From assembly GCF_009834535.1 (NCBI RefSeq), contig NC_045696.1:92010001-92074000 (forward strand): a DNA stretch of 64,000 bases, given 5' to 3'. This DNA is from Camelus ferus. Taxonomy: Eukaryota. The translations under genes were made by a program, and so were the position numbers. Below the pieces are notes generated by a model, which was not told the origin of the DNA, ran no database searches, and was given only the letters and a program-made list of their open reading frames with translations. Shown piece by piece: positions 51,200-64,000 of this stretch. Numbering within the stretch: the stretch's first letter is position 1; each line of letters opens with the position of its first letter.

Positions 51200-52278
51200 T
51201 TTGCTTCCAGTAATGAATTAGGTAATTCAGTCTAACACTCTTACCCAGAAAACCCACAAAAGTTGGGAAAAAAATATTTAAAAAATCAGTCCAAGAGCTA
51301 ACATGAAGAATTAAGGTAATAAGATCTGAAGAGAAAACAGAGAGGTAAGAACATTTCAAGCCATTTTTCCCAAAGAGGTGGCTGAGAAGCTGAACAGAAC
51401 TTTTAACAGACTAATAGGGATAAGGGTATAAAAACTGAAATTCCAGGAGTGTCAAGGGGAATGACACCAGGCTTTGGGTTGGGACCCAAAGACTACATTG
51501 GGAATAAGGGTAAACCAGAAATAGACCAGTCCTCCCAGCTTTAAATCCTCTCAAGTTCTCCAATTGGATTAAAATGATCTAGGATTGCCAGTGGCCTTAA
51601 CCTCTTGCCAGAAGCAAATGTAAATCCTCCTCAGAGGAAGATAGTATTACTCCAAGCCTCAAACTGTTTTTACAATTATCCAAATGCAATATCTGGCATT
51701 CAATTAAAAGCAACCAGATAAGCATTCCAAACTAATGGGATATGTCAAAGGATGCAGAAGCTAGATTAAAAGTCCTCCTACTGGCCAAAACAGGGCAATT
51801 TGAATGATAAAAATAATAATGGCAATTCATTATAACATATTGTATTGAAAAAGAATCCATGAGTTAATTAAAATACTCAAAAAGTGGTGGAGGGGGTGCA
51901 AGAGAGGAGGTAAATCTCTTCTTTAGAGAAGAATGCCAGGTAATAAATGTAGATGGATTGACAGGATTAGGAAATTACCATTTTGTAACCACTTAAAATA
52001 ATAATTGATAAGGAAAGGATTATCAATAGATGCTAACACCACTGGGTGAAAGTTTGGAAAATAAAACATTCACATAGTCTCCCAGTATCTTCTTATACAT
52101 TACTCATTCGTAACAAAAGGAAAGAGGTAATCTGACAACAGAGAAATCTGACATACCACCTTAACCCAATGATCAAACTCAAATGACTGTTAACAGACGT
52201 TATATTCCTTTCAATATGATGAACAGAAGAGGAAAAGCATCATCTATGTAGTGTTCTTGTTAAATATGTATATGTATA

Positions 52279-52337
<59 letters not shown>

Positions 52338-53620
52338 TTATTGAATTCAGCAATCATCTGTTGAACTCTGATATGGCTAAGGCATTTGTTAGGAGTCACA
52401 GGAGAATAAGACCTTAAGATATCATAACTTTGTCTTCTCTGAATTCAAGTTTATAAACTAGTTTGTGAGGTAAGCCATCAAGAAAAATTACATTACAAGA
52501 ATTATTTTATCTGCCAAGACTAAAACAACAATATTTCAAAGATTTTTTTTCAAATGCCCACCTGATTATCCAAGACTCCAGCATTCTCCTATGGGAAATT
52601 TTATCAACAGAAAGAGTTATCACTATGAAAGCAGTGCTTTAATGAAGACAGAATTTGATTTGGAAATGTTTAATTTTGTCCACTGAACTATATGGCAATT
52701 TAATTCAACAAAAAAAATTAGAGATTCTCTTATGTCCTGGGCATCTCCACAGAACTTTGCTAAATGGCAAATCCTCCCCTGGGAGATGTGTCTTTTTTAA
52801 CTGTTATTCATTTCAATTGTAGCATAAGGGTTTTTAACCTTCTCTTGAGAGTAGATTTTGATTGGGATAGAATGTGCAACCATTTGAACAACCAAGGAGC
52901 AGGAAGAGGGACTCCTCTAGAGACAACAGAGTGAAGGAAATGGAGGATGGAATTTCAGTCATTCTTAAGAATGTAGGGGTAGGGCGGGTGTTGAGGGAGT
53001 TAGTTGTAGAGTAGTTTGGTTTTGTTTTTTGGAGAGAAGAGGAATGGTTCGTTACTTATTGGTTGATTGGTGAAGGGAAGAGAAAGGAATAAAAGGGAGA
53101 GAAGGGCATTACAGAAATGTCACCAAACCTTACTAAAGCTACCTGGGCCCTGTTTGGGAAGTGGGAGTAGGACAGGTAGAGGAAACGAGTTCTAGGACAT
53201 AAATATCTAAATCTAAGCATAAGAGAACAATCAGACAAATCCAAATGGTGGGACATTCTATAGAACTCATTAAAGAATATCAATGTCATGAGAGGAAAAT
53301 CTTTTTAAAAAGCAGCAGAACTATTCTAGGTTAAAGGAAATTAAAGGCTATGCCTGATCTTTATGCAGATATTGGATATTAAAAATGATATAAAGGATAT
53401 TATTCAGACAATTGGAAAAATTTGAATATATATTGAACATTAGATGTATTATAGTATCAATGTTAAACTTCTTGAGAGTGGTAAGGGAGGTATTGTGATT
53501 ACACAGAAGAATGTTCTGTTCTTAAGAGATAGAGATACATGTGAAATGTTTTGGGGGTGAAGCATCATGATACCTGTAGAGTATTTTCAAATGTTTCAAT
53601 CAAAAAAAAATGTGTGTATA
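51200..53620 (+). mobile_element. Discontinuous old L1 (L1ME/MC-type) fragments
   Basis: L1ME-like 3' text: aatcagacaaatccaaat..., acaattggaaaaatttgaata...tcaatgttaaacttcttga...ggggtgaagcatcatga. Confidence 0.55.
52265..52335. repeat. (TATG/TATA)n plus ~(TG)25 microsatellite
   Basis: Directly visible. Confidence 0.95.
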
Positions 53621-53625
53621 TATAT

Positions 53626-54215
53626 GCCGTCCTCACTTTGCATGGTAGTGAAAGACTCAAAAATGACCATGTAAAGTGAAACTGTGGGAAATTATTTTTA
53701 ATAATCAGTGGGGAAAATTACCATTGTTCCATGACCTTTAAACATTTTCGTCAAAACATGAACTCTTACGGTCAGTTATAAATGTAGGAAAATGAAAAAC
53801 TAGTGAAACCCATTTTCATTTAGTGCACTGTAATTTAAAACATTAGAAACATTGCAGATTATTTTATTTCACTGTAAGAACCTTAAAGAATAGTTTAAAC
53901 AGTTTTTCTTCTGACCATATAAGTAACTATATGGAATCTCCTCTATGCCTTTCTAAGTACGAATCAGCTTTGTATCATTTGCACTTACAATATGGTGAAA
54001 TATCTCCAAAAGTTTTTTTAATGTCAAGTTTTTGCCAATGTCACTTCCTCTGGGACTTTCTCATCTTTTCATCACAACCATTTTCTCATTAGTCTTGATA
54101 TGTTTGCCCTCATTCAGTTCCCCTGGCTGCATATCTAGAGTGTTTTTAGTGGTGGCAGTGTCAATATTCCCAGTTACGTCTTCTAATGACTCTGTTTATG
54201 TTTGACTCGAATTTC
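53626..54215. mobile_element. Tc1/mariner (Tigger-like) DNA transposon remnant
   Basis: gtcctcactttgcatggtagtg...aaaaatgaccatg terminal-type text, followed by AT-rich internal sequence. Confidence 0.5.
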
Positions 54216-54219
54216 AACT

Positions 54220-54360
54220 TCTCTGAATCTGTTTCCTCTTTTAAAAAATGGAGATAAAAATACTACCTACTTCATAGGGTAATATGATGATTAAATAAGT
54301 TGCATATATGAAGTATTTAGCATAACAGTGGTACACATTAATTACTTCGTAATATTACTT
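54220..54360 (+). mobile_element. MIR fragment
   Basis: ctctgaatctgtttcctc...aaaatggagataaaaatactacctacttcatagggt. Confidence 0.7.
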
Positions 54361-54399
54361 TATAAGTGTAAGCTGTTACAGGTTTGTTAAGCTAGGGGA

Positions 54400-55950
54400 A
54401 ACTTTAATTTGTTTAGATACCAATAGGAATCCAGATGGAAGAAGGGATAATTAATGGTGCATGGTTCCTAAGAGGGTGGGAGGGGAAGGGATCCGAAGGA
54501 GAAACAGGGGCATTGGTCTTAGACCAAAGGAGGAATATTCCTATTCTAACCGGAGGGAAAGAGAATAGGATGAGTGCAGATGTAGGCTGGGTAGTAAGTT
54601 TGCTAGGGAGAAGGTATTACAGTATGATGACTTCTGTGTTCTCCAAGAAATAAAAGATGAGGCATATTCTGAGAATGAGCACCAAGGTAGGGGATTAGAG
54701 GTTGAGAAGAGTGAAAAAGACTTGAAATGGCCCTTGTAGATAGAAAGAGAGCCAGCTGGCCAAAGAAATATAACAAAATTGTTGGCAGCATTAAGGGTCC
54801 AGAGTTAGTGACCTTAAAATTATGGTCCTATCAACTTGCCCTTTTGTTTCTAAACTGTGGTGCACAGCTGCCTGGATGCAGGCACAGAAGATGTAGGCTG
54901 TTGAATTCATCCAAGTTGGAGGTTTTTCCAGATCAGTGTGAGGAAAAGATAAGGAGACAAGGGAATTAATGGTCTTGGCAAGAGGATTACTGGGAGTATG
55001 AACCATGAAGTCTAACCTGGGATGAAGGGAGGCAGGAGGATGCTAGTGATGAGAGAAAGTAAGTGGGACCACGAATTGGAGAAGAGTCCCCTTAAGATCA
55101 AGAAATGGTCCTAGGAAGAATTGTTTAACAAACAAACTAGCCATTTCCTAAGTTGGGGGGTGGTGTTCTGTGTAAACAGGATGTTCAGTTGGGGCTTTTT
55201 CTGTTTTAGTTTTGGCTGAAGCCCTAAAGACTGAGAAGAAAACAATAGATAATGTCATGAGGGGGCTATATCACTGATGCAGGACTTGCAAAGAAGGGTC
55301 AGACTGGTTTTGTGACCTTTAATCCACCCACCTGGAGTGTGTACAAGCATTAGAGTTGAAACACCGAGACAAGTTTTCTTCGGAGAATTGTTGGAGTACG
55401 TTGGCTTTTTCTTCCCCCCTCTCCTTAAACCAAGTGAGAGAGATACTTTAAGGGAACAACTTGAGTAGCTCAAATGTGCCTCCGTAAGTTTGAAAAGTGT
55501 AAGGACTGGTAAGAGAAGCTCTGACCAAATGGGAAGGTGGAGGGGGGCGGGGGTAGTGATGGTGTAAGTCTGCACTGGGAGCAAGCAGTGCATCTAGCGG
55601 CAGTGGGACAGGGGTGGATGAGTATTTCTCCTGGGCCAGATGTGGGCCTGAGGGAAGCTAGCTCAGATTTCAAGACTAGCTAGAGGGAGTGGCCACCAGA
55701 TGGCCAGGGGCTGAGAAAGGAAGCCAGGAGAAGGCAAGAGACATTGCCTTCCCACATTAGTGAAATAATGCTGACAAGGTCCAGAGTGTGGCTGTGGAAG
55801 TGGCTGGCTCTGATGGAGTGGAGGAGAAGGTCACTGAGGGTGAAGAGGTCAAGATATGAGAGGTCTGGTGTTGGCTGAGTCATCTTTGTGGATGATAACA
55901 TAGCCATGACATTGGCAAAGGTTGGGGTAGAAAGACTGCAAACAATGTAC
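54400..55950 (-). mobile_element. Degenerate L2 fragments
   Basis: L2 ORF2-like antisense text; ORF 55680..55970 includes an L2-like HSHTLDLV motif. Confidence 0.5.
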
Positions 55951-55957
55951 CCAAGGC

Positions 55958-56094
55958 CAGTGGTTCTCAAACTCTAGGGAGCCATTAGAAGATACAGAGA
56001 CAATCTTGTCCAAGTAGGATAGGGCTTGGACTTCTGTGTATTTTGACAAGTTCCCAGGTAACCTGGAATATACAGCAGAATTTGAGAACCACCG
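55958..56094. mobile_element. MER5A-like hAT MITE
   Basis: Terminal inverted repeats cagtggttctcaaa ... tttgagaaccaccg. Confidence 0.7.
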
Positions 56095-56325
56095 CCCAAT
56101 ATTTAGAGGAGAGAAGTAACTGTTCAGTACAAAACAGTATCTCCCAGAAGAAAGGAAGAGAGGGTAGTTTAACCAAATAGCAGGGGCCCCTGGAAACAAT
56201 TTTTTGTTATAAGAGGGTAGGGAAGTAGTGGTCTGGAAACAGTAGTGGGGACAACTGGCCTACCAACTCATTATCCATCACTATCACTTTTCCTTCCCCC
56301 ACCCTTCTTCCCCTGTGAACATGAG

Positions 56326-56766
56326 TGTTATGGGCTGAATCGTGTCTCCTCAAAAAAAGATACGTTGAAGTCCTAATCGCTAGTACTTTAGACTGTGAAC
56401 TTGGAAATAGGGTGACAGAAATTTGGAAATAGATGTAATTAGTTAAGATGAGATCACACTGGAGGAGGGCATGTTCATGGCAGCCATATGCAGACACAGA
56501 ATGCCTCGTGCGGGATGAGGAGGGCAGAGACTAGAGCTATGTAGCTGCAAACCAACGAATGCCAGAGGCTGCTAGCCAACCACCAGAAGCTAGAAAGAGG
56601 TGAAAAAGGAAGGAGTTCCCCTGCAGGTTTCAGAAGAAGCATGGCCCTGCTAACACCTTGATTTGAGGCTCCTAGCCTTCAGAACCAGCAGACAATACAT
56701 CCCCATTGTTTTAAGCCACTCATTTTGGGTACTTTGTTATGACAGCCCTAGGAAACTAATACAACA
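56326..56766 (+). mobile_element. Full-length MaLR (MLT1B/C-like) solo LTR with 5-bp TSD
   Basis: Starts tgttatgggctgaat and ends gccctaggaaactaataca(aca). TSD atgag at 56321-56325 and 56767-56771. Confidence 0.85.
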
Positions 56767-57849
56767 ATGAGTACAACGAGGTATCCTTTCTCGGTGTACC
56801 ATAAACCTTCTCTATTGTGTTCTGCTCACGCTGTGTCCCTGTTCCCTTTGTACCAAACTTACAGTCTCTCTCGGGATACAGAAAAACCACAGGTAAGTCA
56901 GTGGATGTCATAAGAACAAGAAAAAGTTCACTGCTTCTTGACATGCTTAAGCTGAAATACAATACATTTTGTGTTCTTGATGGAATAGTCAGCCCCCACA
57001 CTGGCTTCTGCACTTATTATTGACAAATGAGTCAGTTTATATAAGATGGGTAGCTTATTTGAGTAGGTGTATGTTAAAGTTATTTTGGAAAAAAAAAAAA
57101 AAAGGAAAAGAAGCCTGTGAAATATATCTGCATGCTAACTCTCACAGGAAAGCATTCCCATGAGGAATCTTAAGTCTTCACCAAAGTGCTGAGAAAACTT
57201 CCCAGCAGTCATACATAATGGGTTCCACTTCCCCAAGTCCTCCCACTTCCTCTGATTTTCATAGCTATTCTCTTCTTCCCAATATTGAAAGGAAGTCTTG
57301 GGCCATTCCATGGCTCAAGAGACCACACTAACTGTCCCCAGGAAAGATTAACATCCTGATTTATTTAGCAAAGGCTACAGAAACCAAGCAGAAATAAGGT
57401 ACCACTCAGAGCAGGAACAGAGACAGCATACATTCAGCTTTCTCCGACCTCCTACAATCCTTTAGAGGCTGCACAGCTGCCTCTGACATGTTGGATCAAG
57501 ACACATCTTGCGGCCCAGAAATGCTACTTAGAAATTTAGCTTACAGAAACAAAACCAAGGGGCCATGTAAGGGGCTACTAAGGTGGCTTGTAGATTCCAG
57601 AGGATGAAGTCAGTGGTTACTGGCTGAGGTGAGTAGTCCAAAACTTCCGTCTGGAAGAGAGATGATATGCTAACTCTCCCCTTTCACATCAGGACCTTGT
57701 ATGTGGACTGAGTGAGTGGGCAGGCTGTGTTAAAAGGGCGTCTGGGCCAGAGATTCCTGTCCCAGCTTTGGCTACATACACATGGTTCCAAACTGTTCTC
57801 TCAAATAGTAATCCATCTGCAAGATATTTTCACTCAAATGTTCTGCAGC

Positions 57850-58930
57850 TACCTGAAACTCACTGTATCTAAAATCTTAGTTCATCTCTATCCCATCTCC
57901 CATCCCCAAATCTATCTCCTCCTCTTGAAATTCCTTTTTATACGCTCTCCTAATCTCCCAAAACAGTTATCTACTTGTACTGTCTCACATTGCTCACCTC
58001 TGTCATGCTCTCCCAAACTTGTTGTTGTCTGAACTAATGGGCACTTTATTCTCCGCAGGCTCACTTCTCAGTAGCACTCAAGCAGCCCACTCCTCAGCTG
58101 ACCATTTTCTTCTCTTGACCTCTGGTACATTATATATTTCTTTCTACTTCCCTTCCCTGTTCCTTCATCTTCTTACACTCTCCTCTTCAATCTCGAAAAT
58201 ATGGAGTTCTTCTGATATATCTTTAAATACCATTAATATACACTGATCAACCACACACCCAGTAGGCTCCAGGTGAGTAAATGTAATTACTAACTTACTA
58301 TCTCTCCCTCAATGCTTCTCAGGCATCTCCAACACAACATAACCCCAATCAAACTCCTGGTTCCCTTTCAAAGTCTCCAAGCTCAACCTGTCCTTCCCCG
58401 GTCTTCCTGTCTCAGTAAGTACCATTCAATTTCGTGTAATTGCACAAGCCAGAAACTTCTCCCTTTCCCTCATCAACTACATCTAATCCATCAGTAAGCC
58501 CTGTCATTTCTACCTTCACAAAAACCTCAAACATACTTCTCTTCTACCACTTTGGTCTAAGCCAACACCTGGCCTCTATACTGATTTCTCTGATATACCT
58601 CTTGCCATCGTCACCCTCACGCCAACCACATCACCCAAACAGTAAATTTTTAAGAACTTCTTACTATGGTCTACAAGGCCATGCATGATTTGGTTTTTGC
58701 TAGCCTCTCCAAGCTCATCTCATTCCGTTCTCTTCTTAGCCACAGAGCTTAAACTCCTTGTCCTTTCAGTTCTTTCCCCCTCAGGGCTTTTGCATAAACT
58801 GTTCCCTTTGCCTTGAACACACACTGCCTACTTTTTATGTGTATTCCCGTCACCTGATTACACTTGACATTAAGTACAGTAATTGACACATAGCAGGCTC
58901 TCACTAAGTCTTCTTGAATGAGGGCAACAA
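57850..58930 (+). mobile_element. L2 fragments
   Basis: Pyrimidine-rich L2 text: caggcatctccaacacaacat..., ccccctcagggcttttgcat...gttccctttgcc..., gacacatagcaggctctc. Confidence 0.6.
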
Positions 58931-59242
58931 ATGGATCTGACTAGAAAATTCTACCAAGAACCCATTGGTCAATGAGTAGGACAAGCGGAAACCACTCAGT
59001 CTAGGCCAGAAAATGCCTATTAGAAAACCAGAATGACGTTCATAAGGATACCTAAGACTGCTGCTGCTTTTCCTTAAGGATGCTACAGTCTCACTGGGCA
59101 GGTAAGAATAATATTTAGATAGCACGAGACACTTCAAATTCTTTCAGAAAAAGGTATGGTATAAATCATGAATAAATAATAAATACTCACAAAAGCAGCA
59201 GCAGTATGGAAAGATGATTAATTGCTAAATGATTAGTTTAGA

Positions 59243-60480
59243 CTTGTGGTTCCCAACATTTTCATCACCAAGTATTTGTTTCATTATATTTTTCCCTCAA
59301 GGACCTCATATTTTTTTAATTGTCTAGTAAACAAACTACATGTATCATATGCAATAATTTACTCTTCCATTTTTAATCATATGTATTCCCTTAATTAGAC
59401 TATACAACACCTAATTAGATTATTTAATCAGCAAACTATAAAAATGCAAGCCAAAAGTAGGGTCAGGTAGCTTTTATTGACTGAATTTTCACTAGGCTTT
59501 TTGAAATATTTCAAATATCTTACAAACTCCCTTCAGGTATTCCATTCAAAGTTTTAGCACATGTATTTAGCAAAGAAAATAATACATGTTTTATGTATCT
59601 TTTTTCTTCATAAAAGTCTCCCTGAGACTCTTTGCTGTTTAGTAACTGTAGGGTGAATCAGATTCCTTGGGGAAGAGAAACTCTTACCATTGTGGCATTT
59701 TGATAATAAAATAATCAAGGTTTTGATAGTCTACCAGCGCCAAAATACGTAAGAGACATAGCTGTACATCATGGCAGATGCCACCACAAAATCTAACACA
59801 CCTCCTCGTTTTCCAATGGTTGCCATGCAACATTATAGAGAGAAATCGAGAAGAAATGACTAAAACTTTTGTTTTTCATGGAACTACTGGATATCTCTTA
59901 ATTCTGTCTTTATGATAGGAAGTAACACTACATACTAGTCAAAACTAATTTGATGACTAAAACTGTTTTTCTTCCGTACTTGTTATGTAATTTTAATCAT
60001 TTTAGGCGCCATGAGTTCTTAAGCAATTTCCACCAAGGGAAGGAAGAACATGTAAGTATTTTATATCCATAAAATGAACATTTATTCATATACTTTAAAA
60101 GTGCCTATGATAAACTAATGATATTTTTCAAGCTGTCATTTTGAGAACATTTCCTAAAAACTGACCACATCAACAAAATCAGTATTTTTATAGAGGTGTT
60201 CAAGATATGAAAGCAAATCATGTTACAAAAGTTCTGAAGAAGAGGAATGTTGATTATAAAATTATTGAGCAAGTTAACACCGAAACTCAAGATATTTCAA
60301 TTCATAATTTTGCTAACAGGTGCTGATACTTCTGCATTTTTATAGCTTTTGTTAGTAGGTGGAAATTTTATATTACTAGACAAATGGTTGATAGAGCAAG
60401 CTTTTTTGGTTCTTAATACACCTTTTTTCCTATCAAGAAGTTCACAAACATCCCCATCTTAAGACTTTAAAGAACTTTAC
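59243..60480 (-). mobile_element. Degenerate hAT (Charlie-like) transposon remnant
   Basis: Charlie-like terminus tgtggttcccaacatttt. Frameshifted transposase-like text W...CVRFC/ASAMM on the minus strand near 59770-59820, compare hAT CVGxCTDGAxAM. Confidence 0.45.
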
Positions 60481-60604
60481 AAGTGAATATTTTCCTCCAC
60501 ATTTTAGCCACAGACAAAACAACTGTAGTGACTCTTCTGTGGTTATATGTAGCTTCTGCAAAGCTGGAGTCCAAAGCTGTAAGTATTTCATTAGACATTA
60601 AAAG

Positions 60605-60760
60605 TTTCTTTTTTTATTGTGGTAATACACACAACATGAAATATGCCATCTTAACCATAAAATTCGGTGGCATTAACTACATTCACAATGTTGTATAACC
60701 ATCACCACTATCTATTTTCAAAATGTTTTCATTACTCTAAACAGAAAATCTGTATCACTA
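60605..60760 (-). mobile_element. L1 3' end fragment (L1MB-type)
   Basis: tttttattgtggtaa...tggcattaactacattcacaatgttgtataaccatcaccact. Confidence 0.75.
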
Positions 60761-60984
60761 GGTATATTTTATGCAACATGTTGAATAACTGCTTATTCAT
60801 TAAATAAATAGTTCATCCACTAAAAAAAAATATTTATCAGGTACCCACCATGTTTATCGCCCCATGCTTGATATTTGAGATGAACAATGAACAGCAGATG
60901 ATGAACAAAAGTGAATGGAGGGAGTGGCTCATTTTTGAATATTTATGCCTTTCTGTGGATGGACAAGTGACCAATGAAAACATC

Positions 60985-61190
60985 AGTAATAATACTAATA
61001 CGTGCCCTCTGATCTAAGAGCTTTAGGTATGTTAATTCACTTAACCCCTACAACAATCCTATGAGGTAGGTACTATCATCCCGATGCTATGGATGATAAA
61101 ACTGAGGCAAAGGGAGATTAAGTAGCTTGGCCAAGGTTACACTGCTAGTAAGAGTTGGAGCTGGGTTTCCAACCCAGGCTGAATAGTTTC
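60985..61190 (-). mobile_element. MIR
   Basis: acaacaatcctatgaggtaggtactat...aaactgaggca...ttggccaaggttacac. Confidence 0.75.
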
Positions 61191-61224
61191 AGTGTGTGTT
61201 CCCCTAAAGCACTATCTGTAACTT

Positions 61225-62960
61225 TTTTAGAAAAAGTTTTATTGAGGTATAATTTCCGTAAAATAAAATGCACTCAAATTAAGGTATGGCTTCATGAGTT
61301 TAAACAAGTGAATACAACCATGCTACAACCATACAAGAAACAGCACATTTCATCACCCTAAAATGTTCACTTGTACCCTTTTGCAGTCTATGTATGCTTC
61401 CTAGAGCACCCACAATCTCTAGTCTTAAGGCAACCACAAATGTGCTTTCTGTAACTAGGTTCTGCCTTTCTAGAATTCCATGTAAATAGAATCATACAGT
61501 ATGTACTCTTTTACATTTAGTTTATTTTGCTCAGTATACTACTTGAAGATCATTGATATTGTTGCATTAGTAGCTCCTTTTAATAGCTGAGTAATATTTC
61601 ATTGTATGGATATTCCATGATTTATAATTTCCTATGTTGATGGACATTTGGTTTATTTGCAGCTTTGACAACTATGAATAAATCTGCTGCAAACATTCAT
61701 GTATAGATACATACCCATACATATTTTCATTTGTCCTGGGTAAATACTTACAAATGGCATTGGTGGACTGTATGGTAAGTGTATGTTTAACTTTTAAAGA
61801 AACTACCCAATTAATTTTCAAAGCAGTTGTAGCATTTTATGGTTCCACCAGCAAGTATAACAGCTCTGGTTGCTCAACATCCTTGCCAACAGTCGGTGTT
61901 GTCGGTCTTATTTTAGCCTTTCTAATGGATATGTTGTGATTCATTGTGGTTTTACTTTTCACTTCCCTGAAGACTAATGATATGAAGCATCTTTTCATGT
62001 GTTTACTAGCCATTCTTATATCATCTTTTGTGAAGTTCAGATCATTTGCCCCTTGTTTTTTGGGACTGTTTTATCTTCACCTACTGAGCTATAAGGGTAC
62101 TTTACATATTCTGGATACTAGCCTTTTTTGTTGTTGTTCATTTCACTTAAGCTGTCAAATTTATTGACGAAGGTGTTTTTATTACTTTATTATGCTTTAA
62201 ATATTTATAGAATCTGTTGTGATGTCCCCTCTTTGGTTCCTAATATTGGTGTCTTTCTTCTTTATTGATTTTATTAATCTTTAAAAAAAAAAACAGCTTT
62301 TGGTTTACTTGATTCTACTGATTTATGCTCTTATTCTTATTATTTCTTTCTTTCTGCTGACTTTGGTTTAAACTCTCCTCTTTCATAGTTTAAGTCGAAA
62401 GCTTTGTTGATACTGTTGTACTTCTCTCATTTTCTAATATAAGCCTTTAAAGGTATAAACCTCTAAGAATTGCTTTTGCTGCATCCCACAAATTTTGATT
62501 GTTGTGCTTTCACTTTCATTCTGTTTAAGACGTTTTCTAACTTCCCTGTGTTTCTTCTTTGATGCATAGGTTTAGACACGTGCATCGTAATTTCTAAATA
62601 TTTAGGGATTTTCCAGTTACCTTTCTATTACTGACCTCTAATTAATTTACCTTATAGTCAGAGAATATCCTCTGATTTCAACTTAAGACTTGTTTAATGA
62701 TCTATATGGTCTAGCTTGATGATTATTCTGTGTGCACTTGAAAGAATGTGTATTCTGCTACTGTTGGGTGGAACAGTCTACAGATTCAATTAGGTCAAGT
62801 TGGTGGTGTTCAGGTATTCTATGTCCTTAATTTCCTGTCTTCTTGCCCAGTTGATTATTGAGCTAAAAGTATTGAAATTTCTGACCATAATTATGGCTTT
62901 GTCTATTTTCCCTTGCAGTTCTGTTAGTTTTCACTTCATATATTTTGAAGCTGTTACTAG
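61225..62960 (-). mobile_element. Old L1 (L1M-type) 3' and ORF2 fragments
   Basis: ttttattgaggtataatt..., atagaatcatacagtatgtac..., gttgatggacatttgg..., gcatcttttcatgtgtttactagccatt..., gctgcatcccacaaatttt. Confidence 0.8.
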
Positions 62961-63079
62961 GTGTCATCAAGGACACTCCACTCTGATCAGAACTCAAATG
63001 TCTTCCAGGCCTATAGGAGGCCTGGAAATTGACCTAGAGCTCCTGGTCATTATATAAGTCTTACAATAAGCCAGATACT

Positions 63080-63400
63080 GTGTTCATCCATCAGAATGGG
63101 CTAGGCTATGTTGTATTAACAGGCAACCCCCAAAGCTTAGTGGCTTATAACTTACAACAAAGTTTTCTTTCTTGCTTATGATACATGTCCACTGCATGTT
63201 GGCTGTGACTGTCTCCTACATCTTCTTTGCTTTGAAACTCAGAGTGATGGAGCAGCTGCTGTCTAGAACATCGTTGGTCATTATGGAAGAAGGAAAAGAA
63301 CATGGCAAATGGTGTACTGGCTCTTAAATTGTCTGTCTCAAAGTGTTATATGTCACCTCCATTCATATTTTTTTGGTCTAAATCAACCCTTGTGGCCAAG
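63080..63400 (-). mobile_element. Old MaLR (MLT1-type) LTR fragment
   Basis: gctaggctatgttgtattaac...cttagtggctta...caacaaagttttctttcttgct. Confidence 0.6.
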
Positions 63401-63449
63401 GCTTACATCACTAGGATTGGGAAGTCTAATCTTTTCCCAGGAAAGAGCA

Positions 63450-63670
63450 CTGAGTATTTGTGAACAATAAAATAGCCTACCATACTGGGCTATGCATTCA
63501 AGCACTTTCTCCTTTAGTTTTCTTAACAGCCTTCTAGAAATAGGTAATATTATTGTCTCCATTTCACAGATGAGGAAACTGAGGCTCAGAGAGTAACCTG
63601 GCAAAAGTCAAACAATAATTAAGTGGCAGGACCTGGACCCAGCTTGTTTGACCCCAATGTAATTGTGCTA
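63450..63670 (-). mobile_element. MIR
   Basis: tccatttcacagatgaggaaactgaggctcagagag. Confidence 0.8.
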
Positions 63671-64000
63671 TCCTGCTAGAAGAGAAAAGGAAGGGGAAGG
63701 AGTGGGGGAGTCCAGGAAAGAGTATAGCAGAGAGGCAACAAACAGAGACACTAAAAATAATTGCAAACAATTTCCTGAAGAACTCCACTCCGGTGATCAG
63801 AAAGGGTAATGAGAAGAGAATGGGGAGAGCCAGAGACAAGAGAAACTCCTCTTACCCCAGTTCTTCCCAGTCCACCCCCATCCTATGTCCATCCCATTCT
63901 ACTTGCACTTATCCCACACCATCCCTCCAAAGGCCCTAACCCTATTACCTACACTGAGATGCCCCTAAATCCCAGTCTATTTTAATTGATTATTCTGTTT

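Noticed and set aside
1..64000. A previously undescribed multi-gene biological system
   Set aside because: Only one well-known gene plus common repeats is supported. I detected no second gene, RNA gene cluster, foreign insert or intact mobile-element ORF by eye.

Overview
Mammalian genomic DNA. A tRNA-Ala-derived SINE with a GGGGGAGGGTATAGCT head suggests a camelid, but that is inferred from remembered repeat families. The window holds one complete protein-coding gene, TIPARP (PARP7/ARTD14, TCDD-inducible mono-ADP-ribosyltransferase), on the minus strand. It has a non-coding exon 1 in a CpG island (~41.5-41.7 kb) and five coding exons: 38650-37734, 22974-22806, 21477-21317, 16635-16357 and 15704-15257. 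These join through canonical GT-AG sites into 1974 nt (657 aa plus stop). The 3' UTR is ~1.6 kb and ends near two AATAAA signals at ~13.67 kb. The rest is intronic or intergenic DNA with old L1, L2, MIR, MaLR/ERVL LTR, hAT and Tigger remnants and microsatellites. Repeat boundaries and subfamily names are approximate and were called by eye. I found no convincing novel biological system. The most interesting signals are regulatory: a strong-context uORF in exon 1, a possible second TATA/Inr promoter, XRE clusters, two isolated CpG-dense micro-patches, and a few unusual retro-insertions.
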